Source: Mobula hypostoma
Lineage: Eukaryota
Direction: 5' to 3'
Length of the DNA: 64,000 bases
NCBI RefSeq assembly: GCF_963921235.1
Contig: NC_086097.1
Location: 169,324,001-169,388,000, forward strand
Below are positions 37,255 to 48,847 of this stretch, in pieces. The notes under the pieces were generated by a model, which saw nothing but the letters and a program-made list of their open reading frames with translations, was not told the origin of the DNA and ran no database searches. Every line of letters starts with the position of its first letter. Position 1 is the first letter of the stretch. A program made the translations under genes and the position numbers.

Positions 37255-38120
37255 AAGGTGTAGCCATGGACACTTGCATATAGCCCAGCTATAACTGTCT
37301 TTTTGTTAGCTACATCAAAAACTGTGGCACCATTTCTCAACTTTTCCCCCATTACACCAATGACATAATTGGTACTGCTTCTTAGACCCATTTGCAACTC
37401 ACCTATTTTATCATCTTCATGATCAACTTCCAACCTGCTCTCAAATTCACTTGGACCATTTTCAATACCCACCTTTTTCTGGATCTCCTTCTTTCTCAGT
37501 TCTACTCACTAACATTTACCGTAAACTCACCTACTCTTGCTGCTCTGTGAACTACACTCTCTCCTCTCCTATAAAGATGTAACCCCTCTGTTTGTTTCCA
37601 CCACATCTCCTCTCAAGATGAGGACTTCCACTCCAGGATACCTGAAGTGTTCTCCTCCTTCAGCAAACATGGCTTCCCTTCAACCGATGGAGACCTCTCT
37701 CAAACTTCCTCCTGGATGTAGCCTCTCACAACCCCTCCCCTCGGACAGAGAGATACGATTTCCCTTTACCTTTCAGTGTATCAGTCTCAACATCATCCTT
37801 CAATACCACCAGCTGATACAGGATCCCACAACCAGTACCTGTAACTCATCCTCCCCAGTTCTTTCTGCTTTCTGTAGGGTCTACTCTCTGTAACACTCCT
37901 GTTTGCTCTTCCCTCTCCGTTTATCCCACACCCGCCAACAGCACTTTCCCCTGCAATTGCAGGAAGTGCAGCACTAGTTTCTACATCTCCTCCTTCACCA
38001 CTATCCAGGGACCAAAATTGCTCTTCCAGGTGAGGCAAAGATTCAATGCACCTACTCCAACCTCATCTACTACACCCATGCTCCCAATGTGGCCTACTCT
38101 ACATTAATGAGACCAAGCGT
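37255..38120 (+). mobile_element. Old Penelope-like RT/GIY-YIG fragment
   Basis: KGVAMDTCI.PSY.CLFV, CRKCST, FQVRQRF, CGLLYINETKR; heavily degenerate. Confidence 0.65.
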
Positions 38121-38248
38121 TTACAGTACCATGTCTCCAGACAACTAGTTCTAACTTGTAGGCTATCTGCAGAGTTTACCATTCTGACACAACCATTTTG
38201 ATTGTTTAGCAAAATTTTGGGTCACACAATGCAGCTACATATGGACAA

Positions 38249-38630
38249 CCTAACTGAAACCTATCAAATGATGAAAGACTTCGATAGAGTGGATGTGGAG
38301 AGTATGTTTCCTATGGTGGGACAGTCTCAGACCAGAGGACACAGCCTCAAAATAGAGGGGCGTCCTTTTAGAACAGAGATGAGAAGGAATTTCTTTAGCC
38401 AGAGTCGTGAATCTGTGGAATTCGTTGCCACAGGCAGCTGTGGAGGCCAAGTCTTTTTAAATATTTAAGACAGAAGTTGATAAAATTCTGATTGGTCAGG
38501 GCATGAAGGGATACTGGGAGAAGGTAGGAGATTAGGGCTGAGAGGAAAAATGGATCCACAATAATGAATGGTGGAGCAGACTCGATGGGTCAAACCGCCT
38601 AATTTTGCTCCCACATCTTAATGGTCTTAT
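38249..38630 (+). mobile_element. CR1 LINE 3' fragment
   Basis: NLTETYQMMKDFDRVDVESMFPMVGQSQTRGHSLKIEGRPFRTEMRRNFFSQ plus 3' UTR. Confidence 0.82.
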
Positions 38631-38999
38631 AATACAGGAACAAGTTACAGGACTTTAACTAACAATTTGTGTAAAAGGACATGAACTTAATGAGGCAGCT
38701 ACTGTGGTTTCAGTCCTGTACATCTTTGAACATGCTCATTTCCATATTACTTGGATTGGTTCCACATTTTTTCTGTCAGTGCAATTTAGGCATGGCACAT
38801 CTTGTTTGTCTTTATACGGAGTTATCTTCTACCCTACATCTATCAGCAAAATCAAGCAGTCTTGAGTTTTGGCACCTAAAGGGGAAGCAATTTAGGATTA
38901 TCAGTACCTTTAACAAGAGAAAAGAACAAATTCATTAGAACAATCCATTTTCCAGCGATCGTTTGCTTCGTTATGCTTAATGTGGCACCAAATACATAC

Positions 39000-39179
39000 T
39001 GTGAATTTTACTCCTGGTTGAGTTGACCGTATCCTTGATTGCTTAATTTCAAGTCTTGCCAACATACAAGCAACCCTTGTTGGTGCAAACAAAAGATGCA
39101 CACAGACATCTTCTTTGGGACAAACCATCAATTCACAGTTGCCGATCAACCGTTCTTCAGGACCAAATGTGCTCTGTAA
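39000..39179 (-). CDS. CEP192: CEP192 exon (180 bp, phase 0-0)
   Basis: AG/GT boundaries; LQSTFGPEERLIGNCELMVCPKEDVCVHLLFAPTRVACMLARLEIKQSRIRSTQPGVKFT. Confidence 0.95.
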
Positions 39180-39225
39180 CTACAAATACAGTATCTGAAT
39201 TAAAACTCAATCTCAGACATTCAAA

Positions 39226-39561
39226 CATGAGGAAATTCACAGATGCTGGAATTTCAAGCAACACACATCAAAGTTGCTGGTGAACGCAGCATCTCTAGGA
39301 AGAGGTACAGTCGACGTTTCGGGCCAAGACCCTTCGTCAGGACTAACTGCCAATGAACTGTCCAGCTCTTGGCTCCATCCCTCCCTCTCCTGTGTTCTCC
39401 TATCATTTCGGATCTCCCCCCCCCTCCCATTTTCAAATCTCTTACTAGTTCTTCTTTCAGTTAGTCCTGACGAAGGGTCTCAGCCCGAAACGTGGACTGT
39501 ACCTCTTCCTAGAGATGCTGCCTGGCCTGCTGCGTTCACCAGCAAGTTTGATGTGTGTTGT
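39226..39561. mobile_element. Neptune-type Penelope 3'-UTR palindrome (non-coding)
   Basis: Arms 39226-39349 (minus) and 39350-39561 (plus); 13-bp TSD TCAGACATTCAAA at 39213-39225 and 39562-39574. Confidence 0.88.
39308..39345 (-). ncRNA. Minimal type I hammerhead ribozyme motif (Penelope-associated), intact
   Basis: UAGUC-CUGACGA-A-GGG(UCUUGG)CCC-GAAA-C-GUC/GACUG: conserved core, stem II, stem I UAGUC:GACUG, loopless palindromic stem III (ACGU). Confidence 0.75.
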
Positions 39562-41542
39562 TCAGACATTCAAAAATGTCTTGACAAATACTTCATGAAT
39601 ATTGAGCAACACAACATAGGGACAGAATTACATTGCCAAAGTAACTTAATCTAATCTGGCCTAAACATGGTTTATATTCCTTCCTTTTTCTACTTGCTTA
39701 TGTGCCTGTCTATATACCTCAGACTTTGTGATTGTATCTGCTTCCACCATCTCCACTGGCTTTACACTTTGTGCTTTAAAAAACATTGTCTCATAAACTT
39801 ATTTTAAACTTTGCCCTTCTCATATTAAACCTGAGCCCTCTAGTATGTGGCACTTCTACTCTGGGAAGACCACCCTACTTGTGAACGTGATCAAGAGCAA
39901 AATCCTTCAGACAGTACACAATATTACTTCTCTCACTGTTTTTGTGTCTTCATTTTCTTTCAAATGTGGTCCTGCTACTGTTGAAGCCTGTGAGCTACAG
40001 TTTGGTGGTGCTTTTGTGCCCAATTGATAGATCTGGCACTTTGCTGTCTCAGGGGGAGTTCAGAGAGGCTTTGAGCAAAGCGTGTGGCCTCAAGGTCAAG
40101 AAGCCTGGAAATGGGGCATGAGCTCATGATCAGCTCCATTTCTCACTGATTAAAGCATCGAGGAAGATTGAAAATTACGAAGGACAAGAATGGAAGGCAG
40201 GTGGGTGTTCAGCATTATTTACCTGCGTTCAAATTGTCTCTTTCTCCTTCTCCTCTGCGAGCGAGTACTGGAGTCCTGGGTCTTCGGCAAGGTTTAATCA
40301 ACACGGATTTGTGGATTGGACTCTATAGATCATGTTATGATGTGTTTTTGTTGCTATTTTGATCGGGGCAGACTGGATCTAGAGCCTGCGTTAATGAACA
40401 ACACAGTGCTAGACTGAACTGAGCTGAGTTAAACTGAATATGCCTGGACTCTTTTGATGACTTTGGGAGGTGGGATTCTGTGTTTTTAGCTTGTTTTTTT
40501 CCCCATTTGCAATTTGTTCTTTTTTGTGTGTTGGGGGTTTGGTGCTTTTCTTTAAAGAACTTCCACGGTGTTTCTTTGTTTTGTGGCTTTCCATGGAAGG
40601 ATTTGGATTTGGACACTGGTGTAAGCAGAAGGGATTAATTTAACTGGGCATTTGATGACATAATGGGCTAAAGAGCCTGTTCCTGGACTATGTTCTATAA
40701 ATTGCTGGATTATTCGCATTGCCATTTTTAAACACATGAACAACACTGATTATTTTCCAATCTGCTGGGAACTTAGCTGTTGTTAATGAGGATACAAAGG
40801 TCTCCATTAAGGCCCCAGTCTCCTCTTGCCTCCCTCAATAACCTGGGATAGTTCCCATCAAGCTCCAGGGAGTTATCTAACTTCAAGCGACCCAAAACCA
40901 CTACCACCTCCATTACATCAACATACCTTAGAATATCATAGCCCTCCCTGACCTCTTTGGTGAACAGTGATGCAAAGTGCTCATTTACCTCGCTGTTCCC
41001 TTTGGCTGCAGGAATAAATTACCTTGCCTTTGAGTGGAGCTAAACCATTCCCTTGCTCCCTTTAAAATAAAATGCACACTTGCCAATGGCAATTCATGGT
41101 CCAAGATAGCTCTTCTGATGTCCTAATTTTTCTCCTGCTTTCTTTATATTCCTCGAAGTCCCTGCTGCTTCCATTTTATTTTTGACTAAATTTACATCTT
41201 TCATCATCTGAGATTCCTGAACTTGGTCATCCTGATCTTTGTTCCTCACAGGAACATTTTGCTCCTGAATTCTGACCAAATAGATTTGATAATCACGCTA
41301 ATTTCCTCCAAACTGCATCAATTTTCTAACAAAGTAGATTGAAAATACACTGCATGAACTCACACAATTTATTTCCAGTATTTTAAAATCACAAAGGCAA
41401 GAGGTTATCATCTATAATGACAATGAAAACAAAATATGAGAGTTTGAAAATTGATCTCCTTGGAAACAGAATCTCTAGGGCATAGTAATTACTTTTGATT
41501 TCTATATGCAAATTACATTACAGAATTAGAATTAACATTTAC

Positions 41543-41633
41543 CTGAAAGCAGTCCTGATCTTGACCTTTGATCAACAGGCGTAACTGCTGTGCAACAGTT
41601 GAAGAATTATTTCTAAGCACAAGTTTCTGATGA
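41543..41633 (-). CDS. CEP192: CEP192 exon (91 bp, phase 2-0)
   Basis: AG/GT boundaries; HQKLVLRNNSSTVAQQLRLLIKGQDQDCFQ. Confidence 0.95.
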
Positions 41634-42008
41634 CTGTAAGTTGAAAAACAGTGCACTGAGAAAATATGCAAACTGGTTAATTAGAAGAGGTGTTTTTTTT
41701 AAAAACTATTTCATTGAAAGTGGGATGACATACTGATTGGTAGGTTAATTGGTTACTGTTAGTGTAGTTGGGTGGCAGGAAGATCAGGATGCAGTTAATG
41801 ACAGAGACTACATTACAGGGAAGTAGGTGGAGGGAATGCAACTGGTAGCTCTCAAAAGTTTCCCAACAACTACCTCTTATCTTACGAAAAATATTAAAAA
41901 TATAGGAATTACCCTATCACCTTGATGTAGTTGGAAATAGTGGTATAAACATTTATAACCATTATTTGGCAGCATCTTTCACCGGAGAAGTCAGAGAATG
42001 GAACTTAC

Positions 42009-42191
42009 ACTGTCCTTCCGAGGGAAACTCCTCCCCACGATATAAATTGCTTGTTGGACAGAATTGGTGGTATCTCCAAAGAGGAGCTTCCGGATGAAGA
42101 GACGGATTGATAGGATTCAGGTTTCCAAAGCACTCCTTTTAAGCCAACTTCATACTGGGGACCAAAAGGTTGAACCAGAATAGCCAAATGG
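42009..42191 (-). CDS. CEP192: CEP192 exon (183 bp, phase 2-2)
   Basis: AG/GT boundaries; HLAILVQPFGPQYEVGLKG...IPPILSNKQFISWGGVSLGRT. Confidence 0.95.
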
Positions 42192-43138
42192 CTAAAAAGA
42201 TAACAATTCTTAGCATTTCCAATGACTTTATCCTCAAAAATAATTTATAATTTGTTCAATTATTTTAAAAACAGAGCTGAGTTAAAAAAAAATAACTAGT
42301 GGAATGAAAATAATTACAAATTCAAAATGTGAGATACTGTAGATAATATACATTTAAAACAGCTAATGTTTGTTACAAGCAATATCAAAGGAAAGTAAAC
42401 TCTTGAAATCAGAGTTAACCAGCAGAGAATTGAAACTACCCACCAGTTTTTATGTATTTCCCTTCTCATCTTAAAAATAGTTCCTCTAGTTTTAGACTTC
42501 CCTGCTCTGGAAAAAACTGGCCATCCATTGGGTCCTTAATGATACAAGTATGTAAAGGTAACCCCTCACCCTCCTTAAAAAAGATCACTGAAATAAAGCA
42601 ATATTTCTTTTTCTCCACTATGTGTAACTAAGCATTTTCATCTTTTACTCAAAAATACTGACACGTCAAAGAGAGAATCAATTACAAAGTTACTGGACTA
42701 ATGATGCATAAAGGACATTTCGTGCCCCACAAACTCAAGCAAGTCTTCCTTTATTAGGACATTAATACTACCCAAGTTGGTGCATCAGAACCCAGTGAAA
42801 TGCAACTTTGTCATCGTAAATTTTTCTATATATTGTTTCATTTTGGAGATTATCAATAATCCTAGAAATAATAGGTTAATTTCATATAACAAGGAACATA
42901 AAAATTCTACATACAAGGGATAAAGCACAAGAGAAAGCTCCATAAATAAAGGTAGACAAATTGACGGGGCCTGATGACATACACCCATTGATTTTAAAGG
43001 AGGTGGCTGCAGTGACATTTGACCCATTGGTTCAAGTCTACACAATTCAGAAGCTGAACTAAAGAAGCATGGAAACAAAGTGAATTTGCAACTCAGCTTG
43101 AATGTCAGTGGTTATCAAAAAAAGATTGAAAGTTATAC

Positions 43139-43254
43139 CTTTGCATTTCAGTCTGTGTATCCTTTGGAGTATATGAAACAACTATCTCAGATTCTTCTCC
43201 AGGGCGAATAAGGATATTTTCTGGCTGTGCTAGAAAAAAGCCAGGTTTGGCAGC
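43139..43254 (-). CDS. CEP192: CEP192 exon (116 bp, phase 0-2)
   Basis: AG/GT boundaries; AAKPGFFLAQPENILIRPGEESEIVVSYTPKDTQTEMQ. Confidence 0.9.
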
Positions 43255-43920
43255 CTAAAGGAAAAATAAATTTCATGGATCAAGTAAAAAAGGGATTATT
43301 TCAGGATTTGTATTTTCCACAGTGGAATTCTTATAACATGGATCAATGCCAAGAGGATTTCAGAAAATTAGAGAAACAATTTAACTTAAGACACTTAAGC
43401 CATGGACTTTGACAGTGACCTGTTATTAGTGTGCACTTGGCCAAGCAAGGTTAAAGTTCGTATCTGTAATTGGTAACAAGGATTAGCATTCAAACAAAAG
43501 AATCAGCACAGCAAACTAAATATTCTCTTCCAGTATTTCAGAATTCTGTGATTACTTCCACTAGAACTACTTCCACAGAAAACAGATAGCAGTTATTTTA
43601 CCAGTGGAAGGAAAAAATACACAAAACAGCAGTCAAGTTGAAAGAAAAATTGGAAAGGGTTTCAGAAGTGTATATAATAGTGCTCTCTTTCATAAAGCAA
43701 TAAATTTGACAGCCAATTCTGGACAAGAAACACACATGGAAATAAAGATAGCTGGATGCTAACATTTTACAAATTTTGGGACAGAATTGGCATTGACATG
43801 ACTAAAGGTGTGAATGTGAGATATTTGACTATTGTTATGCAAAGAAAAAATCTAAAGAAACTGAAGGTTATCTTTTATTACTCTCATGAAATTGGTTTGA
43901 AAAAAAAATTGATAACTCAC

Positions 43921-44013
43921 CTGAATCTTTAGCTGTGCACTGATATTTCCAGCATTTTTTAGAGGGAGGATTTGTTTAGCTGTCTTGCCTGGTTCAGCAG
44001 AAATGACAAGCGT
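43921..44013 (-). CDS. CEP192: CEP192 exon (93 bp, phase 0-0)
   Basis: ctag|ACGCTT...ATTCAG|gtgagt; TLVISAEPGKTAKQILPLKNAGNISAQLKIQ (LPLKNAGNI motif). Confidence 0.92.
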
Positions 44014-45421
44014 CTAGATGCAAAAGCATTGAAAATTTCAGTCTATGTAGCACTGATATACCCCAATGCAGGTTTCATAAGAAAAAAAGTTTAGTTTTGA
44101 AGACCCAGAAACAAAGTAAGGTTTGATAATAAGGAACTAGTCAAAAAGAAGCCCTCAAATTAGCTTTGTCAAACATATAACTTTTCATAGAGGAAGGACA
44201 TGGTTACACCTGAGTGGGTGCAGAGGAGGTTCACTAGGATCTTGCCTGGAATCGAGCATTTAAGTTAGAAGGAAACACTGGTAGCTAGGTTTGCTTTCTT
44301 TGAAATGGAGGGAGGCTGAGGGAGAGCTTGAATGAAGTGTTCAAAATTATAATGATCCAAATCTCTCCTTTTGCAGCAGTGTCCATTTTGCATATCTTTC
44401 TGGAACTTAACCATATTTCCTCCATGAAAAGTATGTCTCATTCCCCTCCCCCCCCCAAGGAAAAGAGGTTGCAGACAATACTCCAAGAGTGGTCTCCCCA
44501 AATCCCTGTAAAATTGCAGTAAGACATCCTTGATTCTGTACTCCAGTACTCTTTCCATGAACCACAAATCCCTAGTCTTTTTACATACTTGCAGAAACCT
44601 TTACAGACCCATGTTATGGTCCTTGCAAGTTTACACTCACACTTCATCTAATCAGTTTTGCAACATACACATAGTTAATCAGACTTCCATATCCTACCAC
44701 TTTCAATTTACAGTTCACATGGAAATTCAGGACTACAAAATGTAGTTATGTACCCTAACCCACATAAACCACATCTGTAATTAAGCAATATTGCTGCACA
44801 ACTAGAACACAGAACAGTATAGTACAACACAAGAACAAGCCATACAGTCCAAATTAATTAATGACACATAACTAAATAAATTCCTTCAGCTTGCCCATGG
44901 TACATGCCCCACAATACTTTGCATATTCATTTGCCTCTATCATGATTGCCTCCACCATCACACCTGGCAGCAAATTCCAGGCACCAACTACGATGCTTTA
45001 AAAACAAAAGCCACACACACACACCCCTTTTTAAATTTTCTCCTCTCTTACTTAAAAATGTGTGCCTGCTGGTATTAGTAATGTTGACCCCAAGGAAAAT
45101 TATACCAGCTGCCTATCTGTAGCTCTGAATTTTATAAAATTTATCAGGTCTCTACTGTTTCCACTGGTCCAGAGGAAACAACCCCAGTTTGTCCAACCTC
45201 AAAGCACTTGCAGTTTAATCCAGACAACAACGTGGCAAACATCTGCAGATTTGTCTGTTTAACAATGAATGCTAGTTGAACTTGATCTCTCCTTCCTTAA
45301 GGGTCAATAGGGCTGGTAGAAGTGGCAAAGGTTATGAGTGTTACTTCGGCAAAGCTCTGCACTCCACATTGTCATAAAACCCAAAGCAAAATATTTCCTT
45401 CAAATAGTAATGCCAGCATAC

Positions 45422-45561
45422 TTGCAGGTGTTTGGGAGCATGTATTCTGACAATTCCAACTCTGGAACAGAGTGGTATACTGTTAATAATATTGCTGGGA
45501 CCAGGAGTATCAACTTCAACATCAATTCTTGCCAAGTATTCCTCCGGTGCACCGACAGGAT
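45422..45561 (-). CDS. CEP192: CEP192 exon (140 bp, phase 1-0)
   Basis: AG/GT boundaries; DPVGAPEEYLARIDVEVDTPGPSNIINSIPLCSRVGIVRIHAPKHLQ. Confidence 0.92.
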
Positions 45562-46442
45562 CTGAAACAAAAGTTATAGTATTTACTGCTGTAAAATTCA
45601 ATGTTTCAGGGGTTGATTCAAAGCTGTTAAAATTTAATAAATAATGGAAGAAAACAATGTTGCACATGTCTTTACTTAAGTTTTAGAAATGAATTGATTT
45701 CATTCTATTGCACCAATATTCCTGTTTATCATCTGATAAAAAAATAAAATCAATCTATATTCACTGTTATTAGAGGACAATCCCTTTCCTAACAATCCTC
45801 CATATTAATATTAACTTTATTTTATCCTTTTAAAGAAATTCTCCAGAAAGAAACATTTCAGAGTAGAATATTACAAAGCAGAAAGATTGAAACAGAATGA
45901 TGTAAATAGCACATATGGAAAATATCAATCTGAACTATTTATCTTTCCACAAGAACAGTTACCTCAAATTTACCCTTAGAAAAATGTTTACGCTTTTCTA
46001 TTTGGCCTTCATTTAATCTACTCTTAACAAAAAGAGCCTCTATTTTTATTCATGGGAAAACTGATATCCTTTTAAGAAATTTCTAAAATAGCCTCTGCAT
46101 GACTTCCATGCACTACCCAAGTAAAACAAAACAGCTCAACTGTTTCATTACTGTCAATATGGGGTCAATTATATCTTTAATTTCTATACTTATTTGTAAA
46201 CCTGACAATCTGATATACTAAGCATAAATGAAGGATGATCCATGGGTTGTATTAAAACTGTCCATTTTGGTGCTTATGGAAAAAGGAAAACTGACATGAT
46301 GGATGATTCACAGCAAGTTTACCTGCTACAATTCCTACAGCTCTTTACAGCTTTTACACTTATATATTTTCCATTTTCAACTGCCTTCATAGCTTTTATA
46401 ATCCTTCATTCATGCTCATTAACCTATCAATTAGAGAATTCT

Positions 46443-47262
46443 AGCAACACACATCAAAGTTGCTGGTGAACGCAGCAGGCCAGGCAGATTCTCTAGGAAG
46501 AGGTGCAGTCGACATTTCAGGCCGAGACCCTTCGTCAGGACTAACTGAAGGAAGAGCTAGTAAGAGATTTGAAAGTGGGAGGGGGAGGGGGAGATCCAAA
46601 ATGATAGGAGAAGACAGGAGGGGGAGGGATGGAGCCAAGAGCTGGACAGGTGATTGGCAAAAGGGATACGAGAGGATCATGGGACAGGAGGTCCGGGAAG
46701 AAAGACAAGGGGTGGGGGGGAACCCAGAGGATGGGCAAGGGGTATATTCAGAGGGACAGAGGGAGAAAAAGGAGAGAGAGAGAGAGAGAGAGAAAGAATG
46801 TGTGTATAAAAATAAATAACAGATGGGATACGAGGGGGAGGTGGGGCATTAGTGGAAGTTAGAGAAGTCGATGTTCATGCCATCAGGTTGGAGGCTACCC
46901 AGACGGAATATAAGGTGTTGTTCCTCCAACCTGAGTGTGGCTTCATCTTTATAGTAGAGGAGGCCGTGGATAGACATGTCAGAATGGGAATGGGATGTGG
47001 AATTAAAATGTGTGGCCACTGGGAGATCCTGCTTTCTCTGGCGGACAGAGCGTAGGTGTTCAGCAAAGCGGTCTCCCAGTCTGCGTCAGGTCTCGCCAAT
47101 ACATAGAAGGCCACATCGGGAGCACCGGACGCAGTATATCACCTCAGTCGACTCACAGGTGAAGTGTCGCCTCACCTGGAAGGACTGTTTGGGGCCCTGA
47201 ATGGTGGTAAGGGAGGAAGTGTAAGGGCATGTGTAGCACTCGTTCCGCTTACAAGGATAAGT
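46443..47262 (-). mobile_element. Neptune-type Penelope 3' fragment (GIY-YIG plus 3' UTR with hammerhead at 46506-46543)
   Basis: Reverse complement of the 56690-57500 family sequence; TSD TTAGA(G/A)AATTCT at 46431-46442 and 47263-47274. Confidence 0.87.
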
Positions 47263-48827
47263 TTAGAAAATTCTGTTACATCTATTCCTTCCCCATCCTT
47301 GCTGCAATATAATTAACTTGGTTTCTCCCTCTCGGTTCTGACAGAAGGTCTTTGTCTTGTTCATTAAAGGTTTATCTTCCAATTGTTCCGTCAGACCTCC
47401 TGAACGTTTCCAACATTTTCTGTTTTTATTTCTTTCATGTTGTGCTGGAAACCAAGATTCTTCATGTCAGCAAAACAGATTCACCACACCCAGACAGCTG
47501 AACACTGGCTTTGAGTGGTGTGGGTTGATGTACTTGTAAGGCAGTCTTTTGCCAGCAAATCACAGACCAGTAATTATCTCAACCAGTTGTGTGACAAGGA
47601 ATCTGATTAACACAATTGTTTTTCAAAGAATTAACAGAAATTTCACTGGTAATTTTGGTTGCCTTAAATGACGAATATTTTCGCCCTGCAGTGATATGGT
47701 CCACTGTCCAATGACAAAAAAAAGAGGCACCAGTAGTTAACGATTAAAATTATTCACTTCTGTCTAAAACTAGGCAGTCACCGACATATTAACTCGTTAT
47801 AATGAAGATGAGTAATCAATTAATATGCTTGGCTTGATTCTGGCCAAAGGCCATCTACATCCAAGCCTGCCAGCACAATATTAAACTTCAGAGATAAGCT
47901 GATTATCAAAAAAGATGGTGACTACAATTAGCTGTTAAAGAGGTAGGAAGGATGCAAGTCAAATAGTTAGATATAGTAGCTTCTTCAATTCTTCATTGCT
48001 TGCAAGAAACTGTTGAGGCAGAGACAGCTGCAAGATTTAAATTTATTTACTGTGCCTTGAAAAAGTATTCAGCCCCCAAAACTATTTTCACATTTTACTG
48101 TCTCATTTTCTAAATTTAAAATATATTGAAGTAGGATTTTTTGAGCTAATCTACAAAATATTGTGCATGTGAAATCAAAATAAAAATTCCAAAACCTGTC
48201 AACAATGAACTAAAAAATCAAGATTGTGGGGCTGAAAAAAGATTCATCCCCTCTGTAATTACTACGCAAATTTTCCTTGTGCAATAAACTGTATTACCTT
48301 ACCAGCTCATCTAAAATAGATGTTAAAAAAAAAATTGGAGGATCCCGTTTTCAATGAATTCATAAGAATGAAGCTCCCTCTCTCTCTCAAAGGTCCAACA
48401 GTGTGGCTGATTTTTAACAGACCAAACCAAAATGAAGACAAGAGCATTCAAGACAAATCAGGGAAATGAAGCAAAAATCTGGGGAAGGGTATAAGACCAT
48501 CTCAAAGGCACTAACTATACCTTGGAGCTCATTGCAGTCCATTGTGAAAAAGTGGGAAAAAGATGAAACCACAGTCACACTGTCCCTCTAACCTTCGTCT
48601 CCGGCACTTGTAAGAGGCCACAGTGACACCAGAAGTTGTTGAGCTCTGTTCATCTGGGCTATGCAAGTATTTTGTTGGCATGTGCATTTTGCCTGTTATG
48701 GACATGTGTGTGAAGGGTGGAAGAGGAATTGTGGCTAAGAAGGTGGCAGCCCTGATGTACTGAACATGAACAGATAAAGTTGCTTAAATGAAAGAAAATC
48801 TTGCCTTCGTTATTTGAGCATTAACAG

Positions 48828-48847
48828 TGGTAGCAGAGGATGGTTTC
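48828..48847 (+). promoter_or_regulatory. Primer-binding site complementary to initiator tRNA-Met
   Basis: TGGTAGCAGAGGATGGTTTC, 1 nt after the 5' LTR, is the reverse complement of the vertebrate tRNA-iMet 3' end (GAAACCAUCCUCUGCUACCA). Confidence 0.9.

Noticed and set aside
48828..48847. tRNA-Met gene fragment
   Set aside because: Only the 3'-terminal 20 nt including the CCA complement, placed right after an LTR; this is a PBS
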